A DNA stretch of 32,000 nt from Vibrio penaeicida (GTDB lineage Bacteria > Pseudomonadota > Gammaproteobacteria > Enterobacterales > Vibrionaceae), in NCBI RefSeq assembly GCF_002933855.1, contig NZ_BFAQ01000011.1:29442-61441 (forward strand). The letters run 5' to 3'. The notes below the pieces were generated by a model. It had not been told where the DNA came from. It saw only the letters and a list, made by a program, of their open reading frames with translations, and searched no databases. Numbering within the stretch: the stretch's first letter is position 1; each line of letters opens with the position of its first letter. The position numbers and the translations under genes were made by a program. This document shows positions 25,310-32,000 of the stretch, in pieces.

Positions 25310-25336
25310 TACTTTCAATACTACAAAACAGACAAC

Positions 25337-25365
25337 AAAGGGGAGCGAATAGCTCCCCTTTCTCT
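25337..25365. terminator. Bidirectional rho-independent terminator between convergent genes
   Basis: AAAGGGGAGC-GAATA-GCTCCCCTTT is a GC-rich stem flanked by an A-run on one side and a T-run on the other. Confidence 0.8.
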
Positions 25366-25396
25366 ATTTAGTTACCTGTGTTGATTCAGTAAATCG

Positions 25397-27940
25397 TTAT
25401 TGCCCCGCATTCAGTTGGTCTAATTTATTACCTACAGGTACTGAGAAGTTGAAGCCATCGTGTTGGTCCCAGTTAATAGACCATGTCATCACGCCACCAA
25501 AACTTGGATACAGCTTAGCAGGCACAACCGTGCTGCATTTCGTGCCTTTAATTAAGCAGTCGAGCGCATCATAGATGTTTTGGACTGGAGCTTGACCAGA
25601 GTTAGCACTGCTAGGACCAGATGGTAAACCAATGGCTACCTGATCGTCACGTAACGGAGCGAACTGAGTACCATCAGCCAGTTTAAACCCTTCAACGAGC
25701 ATTTTTGCTGACGCTACCATCATATCAACGGAACCTTCAGGGGCAGCACCTGGCATGTATGGGTTAGGCAAACCACCATTGTTGTATAGCTGAACATGAA
25801 GCAAGTCTAGTGTGTCACGAACTTGGTCAATCACTGGAATGTAAGCACCCCAAATACCAGTGTACGCGATCATTCCTCCTTGAACATATGGGTGCTCAGG
25901 TGCCATTGTTAGGTACATATCACCACCAGTATTCGCTTCTATCGCTTTAAGAGCACGACCTAAACGAGCCTGTATTTGAGAGCCATGTAATAGGTTTGAA
26001 CCACTTTCTAAGTCAACGTCCAACCCGTCGAAGCCCCACTCTTTGATGATGCTTGTTAAGCTGTTCACAAAGTTGGTTTCATCTTGGTCAGTGTTTAAGG
26101 TAATTGTCCCTTCAGCACCGCCTAAAGACAGAACAAAGATTTTCCCTTTGGCTTGCAGCGCTGCCATATCTTGCTTGAACTGAGCTGGATCGAGTGCAGG
26201 GCAAGAACTGTGGATATCACCTGAATACAAGTTGAAGTGAACAGTACCGTCGCTGTTACGATCGTTATCTGCAAACGCAATGTCAATAATATCCCAACGC
26301 TCAGACATATCAGCCAAACGAAGTGGACAGCCTGAACCGTTCACAAAATTATGCCAGTAACCAATAAGGTTATGTTTCTTGGCGACTTGCTCAACCGCAT
26401 TAACAGTAACACCGGATGAAACCGCGCTGTTTCCAGAGGAATCTTTGGCAATAACAGTTAGGGTGTAGTTACCGATTGCAGCAGGTGTCCAATTTACGCT
26501 GTAAGGTGCAGTAGTGTCCGATGAAATAACAGAGCCATTAACCAAGAAATCAACGCTTTGAACTGTACCTGTTAAGCTGGTTGCGTCCGCGCTGATTGCC
26601 GTTGATTTACCGACGCCAACGGTACTTCCGTTTGCGGGAGAAGTGAGTCGGGTAACAACGGGTTGGTCACTCACGGTAACCAAAGCACTTGCTTCGCCTG
26701 TTGAGCCACCGTTATCAGTGGCGATGGCTTTCACCGTGGTTTCACCTACGGCCGTTGCTTGCCAATTAACGGTGTATGGTGCTTGAGTATCAATACCTAA
26801 ACTGGTGTTGTTTGCAAAGAATTCAACTTGCGTTACGTTTCCGTCTGCATCACTCGCTTGCGCATTTACCGTTACGGTTGAGCCAGCGAGAATAACATCA
26901 CCAGTAGAAGGTGCTGTTAAGGTGACTTCTGGGGCTGCACTGCATGCACCTAACCCAGTCCATGCTTCTTTCCAGTATTCACCCACTCCCGGTTCGTATG
27001 CCCACGCTGAGTTGGATGAACACCAACCAGCAACGTCACAACGGTATTTCTGGTTAGCATTTTCGACCAACGCACCTGCGCTGTATGCAGTGCCTGCAAC
27101 ATAAGGCGTAGCATCAGCACAACCACCAGAGGACGCCGACTTCACATTCACAGATACCTCTTGGCTAGCTGTTGAAAGGTTGTCGTTATCTGTTGCCTTA
27201 GCAGAAACAGTATGAGCACCAGCTTGAGCTGTCCAGTTATGTTCAAATGGCGCTGCTGTGTCTGTCGCAACAAGGTTGCTGTCCACATAGAATTCGACTT
27301 GTGTAACTGTGCCATCGGTATCTGCTGCATTAGCGGATAGAGTCAGTACGTCACCTTGAGTGACAGATTCAGAACCTGTTGGGGATGTTAGGTCGATACT
27401 TGGTGCCACCAATCCACCTGCCGGCGCTACCTGTATTAGAACTGTTGATTCGTTCGTTGCGCCTAAGTTGTCGGTCGCAATAGCAGAAATGGTATGGTTG
27501 CCTGTTTCCGTCGTCCAATCTAGCGTGTAAGGCGCGGCTGTTGTTACGCCCAAACTTACACCAGACAAGAAAAACTCGACTTGCGCGATGCTGCCATCAA
27601 TGTCGGAGGCGTTCACTTGTAAACCAATGACTTGGCCCGTTGTTAGCTGAGCATTGTTGAGTGGCGATGTAATGCTCACTTCAGGAGATGCGTTGAAACC
27701 ACCACACGCACCTAGCCATTTCCATTCTTGCCAATCACCAGAGTGAGTTGCTGGCGAGTTCCCCTGCGACCACCATCTTGCCTGATACGCGTTGTTATCT
27801 TGTTGAACCTTTCCGTCCGTAGAGTAGGCGCCATCTGGCTGCCAAACTGGCAGTGTTCTACAATCGACCGTTGCCGCTTGAACAGCACTGGTCAAGCTTA
27901 AAGCGGACAGTATTGCACCGCTGATAATTGTCCTTTTCAT
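25397..27940 (-). CDS. Secreted modular GH18 chitinase (CBM5/12 - Ig - Ig - CBM5/12 - Ig - Ig - GH18)
   Basis: I prefer the start at M20 (27940; MKRTIISGAILSALSLTSAVQA/A, with GGGAGAAG upstream). Two chitin-binding modules are present (AYSTDGKVQQDNNAYQARWWSQG; AYSAGALVENANQKYRC). There are four ~95-aa Ig-like repeats (...ASD.DG...QVEF......G.DT.APY...W...). The C-terminal GH18 domain carries the catalytic motif FDGLDVDLE. Confidence 0.9.
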   Translation of the reverse strand: MKRTIISGAILSALSLTSAVQAATVDCRTLPVWQPDGAYSTDGKVQQDNNAYQARWWSQGNSPATHSGDWQEWKWLGACGGFNASPEVSITSPLNNAQLTTGQVIGLQVNASDIDGSIAQVEFFLSGVSLGVTTAAPYTLDWTTETGNHTISAIATDNLGATNESTVLIQVAPAGGLVAPSIDLTSPTGSESVTQGDVLTLSANAADTDGTVTQVEFYVDSNLVATDTAAPFEHNWTAQAGAHTVSAKATDNDNLSTASQEVSVNVKSASSGGCADATPYVAGTAYSAGALVENANQKYRCDVAGWCSSNSAWAYEPGVGEYWKEAWTGLGACSAAPEVTLTAPSTGDVILAGSTVTVNAQASDADGNVTQVEFFANNTSLGIDTQAPYTVNWQATAVGETTVKAIATDNGGSTGEASALVTVSDQPVVTRLTSPANGSTVGVGKSTAISADATSLTGTVQSVDFLVNGSVISSDTTAPYSVNWTPAAIGNYTLTVIAKDSSGNSAVSSGVTVNAVEQVAKKHNLIGYWHNFVNGSGCPLRLADMSERWDIIDIAFADNDRNSDGTVHFNLYSGDIHSSCPALDPAQFKQDMAALQAKGKIFVLSLGGAEGTITLNTDQDETNFVNSLTSIIKEWGFDGLDVDLESGSNLLHGSQIQARLGRALKAIEANTGGDMYLTMAPEHPYVQGGMIAYTGIWGAYIPVIDQVRDTLDLLHVQLYNNGGLPNPYMPGAAPEGSVDMMVASAKMLVEGFKLADGTQFAPLRDDQVAIGLPSGPSSANSGQAPVQNIYDALDCLIKGTKCSTVVPAKLYPSFGGVMTWSINWDQHDGFNFSVPVGNKLDQLNAGQ

Positions 27941-28407
27941 TTCTTCTCCCGTCTTAAAAAGTATGGGGATATACGACTGCCCCCAGAACTTGCTCAAGCA
28001 GCCTAATATGACGGCTTACGTCATTTCTGAAAGGTTGCTTGGGTATAAAGTGCTTAATTTATAAACGCACAAAGTCTCTATTTATTAGACGGAGAGTTAA
28101 ACAATGTCATTGTTAGGATATTGAATTAATTGCAAAACTAGATTGAATATCACAGAGAAATATTCTGAGGTTCTTGAGTTTCAGTATGTTTTCGAGGCAC
28201 TTCACCTTAATTTGTTCGGAAAATTTCATGTGTATTTTTGATTCGTCGCCTGAAGGAGAATACTTTTCGACGCAATTCTATATTTTTAGACCAATTGTTT
28301 GTAATTTGTGCGTTCGAATGGGTATTACTGCTGCATGCTCTTGTTATTGCCTGTGTAAAACACTATTGTACTAGCCAACTAGTTCGCAAGTGTGTCAGTA
28401 GCGTAGT

Positions 28408-29757
28408 ATGGCAAATACAAGAGAAAATTTTGGATCGAGATTGGGCTTCGTGTTGGCGGCAGCTGGTGCAGCGGTAGGTCTTGGAAATATATGGGGTTTC
28501 CCCACTCAGGCTGCGAGTAATGGGGGCGGTGCATTTTTAATGGTGTACCTCTTCATGATCCTTGTCGTGGCTTTTCCTATGTTGGTTGTTGAAATGGCGA
28601 TAGGACGTCATGGTCAAGCCAACCCAGTCGATAGTATGAAGTCACTTACGGAGAACCCGCTAGGTAAAAAAGTCGGAGGCTTAGTCGGTTGGATTGGTCT
28701 TAGCGTACCAAGTGCCGTTCTTGCTTTTTATTCCATCGTGGGTGGGTGGTTAATCTGTTTCTTGTTAGGGGCGATAACCGAGCTGTTCGGTTTTGCGTCC
28801 GTAGCTCAATGGTTTAAAGGCTTTAGCGTTGAAAGAAACCTGTTTGGAACATTGGTTTTTTATGTTCTGACTATTTTGATTGTTCAAGGTGGGGTTAAGC
28901 AGGGGATAGAAAAGTGGTCGACTCGATTAATGCCCGCGCTGTTTGTTTTGTTTGCATTGCTTTTCGTCTACATCATGATGCAATCAGGTGCGGTAGAAGG
29001 GCTTAAGCATTATTTGATTCCTGACTTCGAAAAAATTTGGGATAGAAAACTGATTCTGGCGGCAATGGGACAAGGCTTTTTCTCACTGACGATTGGTGGG
29101 TGTTCGATGCTCATTTATGGTTCATACCTGAGCAAAAAAGAAAATCTGCCTAAAATGGCAATGAATGTCACGCTGGTGGATACCGCGGTCGCTTTCATCG
29201 CTGGTTTAGTGGTTTTGCCTGCGATGTTCGTTGCCATGCAAAAAGGCGTACAGATTTATGCAGAAGATGGTTCTTTACTGAGCTCTGATACTTTAGTTTT
29301 CACTGTTCTGCCTTTGATGTTCGAAAGCCTTGGTTTGCTTGGTCAGCTGTTTGCGATCATTTTCTTCTTACTTCTTACAATTGCAGCGCTCACGTCATCT
29401 ATCTCCATGCTGGAGTGCCCAGTCGCTTTGGTGAGTGAACGTTTGGAATCGAAACGCAGCACCACAAGCTGGATATTAGGCGGTTTAATTGCACTGTTTA
29501 GTGTCGTCATTGTATTTAATTTTGGTGAGCTGTTTGGATTGGTTGCAATGGTTGCGACTCAATATTTACAGCCTACCGCTGCATTAATGTTCTGCCTGTT
29601 TGGTGGATGGGTGTGGAATCGACATTCAAAAATTAAAGAACTCGAACTCGGTAACCCAGACTTTCAATTGGGCTGGTTCGGTAAAATTTGGCCAGCGTAC
29701 GTGAAGTTTGTTTGCCCAGTGCTTGTCGCTACGGTCATCTGGGCTTCATTTGGTTAA
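28408..29757 (+). CDS. Sodium-dependent transporter, SNF/NSS family
   Basis: 449 aa with ~11-12 TMs. The NSS N-terminal signature is present: RENFGSRLGFVLAAAGAAVGLGNIWGFP. Confidence 0.88.
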   Translation: MANTRENFGSRLGFVLAAAGAAVGLGNIWGFPTQAASNGGGAFLMVYLFMILVVAFPMLVVEMAIGRHGQANPVDSMKSLTENPLGKKVGGLVGWIGLSVPSAVLAFYSIVGGWLICFLLGAITELFGFASVAQWFKGFSVERNLFGTLVFYVLTILIVQGGVKQGIEKWSTRLMPALFVLFALLFVYIMMQSGAVEGLKHYLIPDFEKIWDRKLILAAMGQGFFSLTIGGCSMLIYGSYLSKKENLPKMAMNVTLVDTAVAFIAGLVVLPAMFVAMQKGVQIYAEDGSLLSSDTLVFTVLPLMFESLGLLGQLFAIIFFLLLTIAALTSSISMLECPVALVSERLESKRSTTSWILGGLIALFSVVIVFNFGELFGLVAMVATQYLQPTAALMFCLFGGWVWNRHSKIKELELGNPDFQLGWFGKIWPAYVKFVCPVLVATVIWASFG

Positions 29758-29771
29758 TAGAAATTAGAAAT

Positions 29772-29812
29772 AAAAAATGCCGCTCAAGTTTGAACTGAGC
29801 GGCATTTTTTTA
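29772..29812. terminator. Bidirectional rho-independent terminator
   Basis: AAAAA-ATGCCGCTCA...TGAGCGGCAT-TTTTTTT has a 10-bp perfect stem. It sits between the convergent transporter and DUF4250-like genes. The stop codon of the latter lies in the T-run. Confidence 0.85.
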
Positions 29813-30001
29813 TCTGAACTGTCCAGCATCAGGTAAAAAGTCAAAACCTGCTGTTGCCAATCTCGCTTCCAGCTTGCTTTTATCAATGTCAAAAAATACA
29901 ACGAGCTTGTCGAGGTCGCCGCCAAAATCATCGCGAAGCTTCATATTTACAATGCTCATCAGCATGACGGGGTCCATTGATTCGTAGTTGGCTAAATTCA
30001 T
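29810..30001 (-). CDS. DUF4250-like small protein
   Basis: 63 aa. MDPVMLMSIVNMKLRD...LD.L...FDID...LE..L...GF matches my recollection of the DUF4250 family. The start overlaps the yaeP stop by 1 nt (TAATG). Confidence 0.55.
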   Translation of the reverse strand: MNLANYESMDPVMLMSIVNMKLRDDFGGDLDKLVVFFDIDKSKLEARLATAGFDFLPDAGQFR

Positions 30002-30207
30002 TATTTGTCCTCAAAATCCGAAATCAATAAATTAGCTGCAGCAAAAGCGGCTTTCTCACGCACTTCGTTAGGGAGGGCTGTGTCTGATGCTATGTCGTTA
30101 AAGGTACGAATTGAACATGCAATCGCGTTCGGCACGTAAGCTTGATCACCACTGCCAATTTGAGCGTACATCTGACGAATGAGTTCACAACAATCGAATA
30201 CTTTCAT
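30001..30207 (-). CDS. yaeP: UPF0253 family protein YaeP
   Basis: 68 aa. [59 protein letters not shown] closely parallels E. coli YaeP as I recall it ([23 protein letters not shown]...VREKAAYAAANLLVSDY). Confidence 0.75.
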   Translation of the reverse strand: MKVFDCCELIRQMYAQIGSGDQAYVPNAIACSIRTFNDIASDTALPNEVREKAAFAAANLLISDFEDK

Positions 30208-30408
30208 AAAGATTACCTAGAAAATGAAAACTGGAGTCAATATACAGAGTTACGATATTCACCTCAATATACAAAAAAACAAACTCAAAATAGGAATTTG
30301 TCTTAGCGCAATATGGGGAATGGAGTGATTGTTATTTGAGCATTTTAAGGCAGGGTAAAGTCTCAGATGGCTCCTAAAAGGGGGAGCAGAGCCATCTGAG
30401 TAAAACGG

Positions 30409-31092
30409 TTATGTATTAACTTGAGCCTCTAGCTGCAACACTAAGTCATCAGCAAGCCCTAACTGGGTAGCAAGTTCTTTTAAATAACTTCTTTCCATGA
30501 AATTTTGCTCGTCAACGACAAGTAATGACGCGAGATAGACTTCGGCTGCTTGCTCTTTATTGGAGACAGATCGAGCGATGTCTGAAGGATCGAGAGGTTT
30601 GTTTAACTCCGATTGAACCAATTGGTTGACTGAATCGTCCGCACCGAGCTCTGTGACGGCTTGTTGAATTTTTAATTGTTCCTGTTCATCAACATGACCA
30701 TCCGCTTTTGCGGCAGCTATCATAGCTTTTAGAATTAAAATACTGTGTTGATCTTCACTCAACTGAGGTGAAGAAGAGGGAGAAGGGGAAGTATTCCCCG
30801 GCTGGCTTTTCTGCCAGTCGTTGTACACTTTAAAAGCCAAAGCACCTAAAGCTGCGGCACTGCCGACTCCTAATGCTTTCTTCCCCATTTTACGGGACTT
30901 TTTGGATCCCATGAGTAACCCAATTAAACCACCTCCTACTGCACCAGCTCCTAATGTTGCTAACTGGCTTTTGTCTTGACCTAGCTTTTGCGCACTGTTT
31001 CCGAGACTTTGTGCACTTTGGCTAAGAGTTTGACTGCCTTGTTTCATCAAATCAGAATTTAGTGCTTGGTTTAATAGGCTTTTGAGATCCAT
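30409..31092 (-). CDS. DUF533 / TerB-like inner-membrane protein (YebE-like)
   Basis: I prefer the start at M9 (31092, with GGAG upstream). It has a Gly-rich TM (GAGAVGGGLIGLLMG), then ILKAMIAAAKADGHVDEQE..., LDPSDIA and the C-terminal FMERSYLKELATQLGL, as in E. coli YebE. Confidence 0.7.
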   Translation of the reverse strand: MDLKSLLNQALNSDLMKQGSQTLSQSAQSLGNSAQKLGQDKSQLATLGAGAVGGGLIGLLMGSKKSRKMGKKALGVGSAAALGALAFKVYNDWQKSQPGNTSPSPSSSPQLSEDQHSILILKAMIAAAKADGHVDEQEQLKIQQAVTELGADDSVNQLVQSELNKPLDPSDIARSVSNKEQAAEVYLASLLVVDEQNFMERSYLKELATQLGLADDLVLQLEAQVNT

Positions 31093-31234
31093 ACTCGACT
31101 CCGTTTTAAACAACAAACCCAGAATACGTTTCGCAATATGAATTAAAGATGAATGGTGGTCAGAAAAGAAAAAAGAGCAACAATGTTGCTCCTTTGGAAG
31201 ATTTCGAACTGATGAAAGAAGTCAGTGAATTGTA

Positions 31235-32000
31235 TTAGGCAAGTTGCGCTTGAATATGCTCTATGATGTTATCGATAGCTACAGCTGTTTTCTCACCTTT
31301 ACGGCGGTTTTTATATTCGAAGTTACCTTCGTCCATACTGCGATCACCGATAACGATAGTATGAGGAACACCCACCAGCTCGATATCCGAGAACATGACA
31401 CCTGGGCGCTCTTTACGATCATCAAACAGGACTTCAATGCCTGCTGCGGTTAGTTCAGCGTACAGTTTTTCTGCTGCTTCCTTAACACGTTCTGATTTGT
31501 GCATGTTCATAGGAACAATGGCAACTTGGAATGGTGCGATAGCATCTGGCCAAATAATGCCGTGTTTGTCGTGGTTTTGTTCTATTGCAGAAGCAACAAC
31601 ACGAGTAACACCAATGCCATAACAACCCATTTCTAGAATGGTATTTTTACCATCAGGACCAAGCACGCCACAATTCATCTTCTCTGAGTAGCTTTTACCT
31701 AGCTGGAAAATATGGCCGACTTCGATACCGCGCTTCAGCTGAATTGTGCCTTGACCGCATGGGCTAGGATCGCCTTCGACAACGTTACGTAGGTCTTCGA
31801 CTTGTCCAAGCTCGACATCACGACCCCAGTTAATACCGAAGTAGTGTTTGTCATCAATGTTTGCACCCGCACCAAAATCGCTCATTGCAGCAACGCTACG
31901 ATCAACGATGAACGGCAATTCAAGACCAACTGGACCTAAAGAACCTGGACCCGCTCCAATCAGTGCGCGAATTTCTTCTTCAGTCGCCATCTCTAAAGGA
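31235..32000 (-). CDS. proS: Prolyl-tRNA synthetase, C-terminal part (gene continues beyond the right edge)
   Basis: The frame stays open to the window edge (…PLE before the track Met). It contains the class II motif 3 region, [12 protein letters not shown], and a C-terminal anticodon-binding domain (VAIVPMN...DDR.ERPGVMF.D.EL.G.P). Confidence 0.9.
   Translation of the reverse strand, partial: PLEMATEEEIRALIGAGPGSLGPVGLELPFIVDRSVAAMSDFGAGANIDDKHYFGINWGRDVELGQVEDLRNVVEGDPSPCGQGTIQLKRGIEVGHIFQLGKSYSEKMNCGVLGPDGKNTILEMGCYGIGVTRVVASAIEQNHDKHGIIWPDAIAPFQVAIVPMNMHKSERVKEAAEKLYAELTAAGIEVLFDDRKERPGVMFSDIELVGVPHTIVIGDRSMDEGNFEYKNRRKGEKTAVAIDNIIEHIQAQLA

Noticed and set aside
9783-27330. Track ORFs embedded in the motor/AsmA block, dinB, helicase, DUF2884 and chitinase genes. 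Examples are 9783..10001, 10410..10655, 11319..11516, 12446..12882, 13515..13712, 15037..15453, 17295..17546, 17724..18134, 18629..19036 and 19543..19794. Others are 20783..21079, 21450..21683, 22021..22557, 22826..23014, 24203..24499, 24746..25203, 26805..27104 and 27148..27330.
   Set aside because: All are fully overlapped by longer ORFs with recognisable domains and coupled starts. Nothing in their sequences supports independent coding.
2336-27997. Longer N-terminal extensions given by the ORF track for nqrA (2336), the helicase (23827), the Gre-like gene (23958), the DUF2884-like gene (24557), the chitinase (27997) and the DUF533 gene (31116).
   Set aside because: In each case an internal ATG has a better-placed Shine-Dalgarno and gives a canonical N-terminus (family-typical start or a proper signal peptide). 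The upstream extensions add non-conserved residues or run into regulatory DNA.
28174-28477. Two small ORFs (66 and 79 aa) in the chitinase/transporter divergent region.
   Set aside because: They are Cys/Phe/Ile-rich translations of AT-rich promoter DNA with no Shine-Dalgarno. The second runs into the well-supported start of the SNF transporter gene. The region is more likely pure regulatory DNA, but I could not identify specific sites.

Overview
This window looks like a Vibrionaceae-type gammaproteobacterial chromosome. That judgement rests on gene content and synteny only, and every family call below comes from reading motifs in the ORF translations, since no searches could be run. The left third is core housekeeping: a truncated YajG-like lipoprotein, rlmG, bolA, and a complete Na+-NQR operon (nqrABCDEF-apbE-nqrM) ending in a clear terminator. 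The right half is mostly ordinary: LexA-boxed dinB, a RecQ-family helicase paralog, a Gre-factor-like protein, a DUF2884-like protein, a large modular GH18 chitinase, an SNF-family Na+ symporter, yaeP plus a DUF4250-like gene, a DUF533/YebE-like protein and the 3' part of proS. The stand-out is an ~11 kb minus-strand block (9725..20571) between nqrM and dinB. It encodes a REC-REC-GGDEF response regulator. Five tightly coupled genes follow: a secreted protein with a putative OM beta-barrel, a secreted TPR protein, a bitopic protein, a 4-TM MotA/PomA-type channel and a MotB-type Asp-bearing OmpA-like protein. The bitopic protein combines a FliF/YscJ-like periplasmic motif with FliG-like middle and C-terminal (torque-helix) domains. 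A 1330-aa AsmA-family giant and a small secreted Cys protein complete the block. No other flagellar, chemotaxis or export genes are present. I read the block as a candidate non-flagellar, ion-driven stator-rotor envelope machine, possibly under c-di-GMP control and possibly linked to a bridge-like lipid-transport protein. Whether it has already been described cannot be judged from sequence. I found no tRNA or rRNA genes, CRISPR arrays, transposases or integrases. A degenerate 17-18 bp tandem repeat array fills the promoter region between the helicase and the Gre-like gene.
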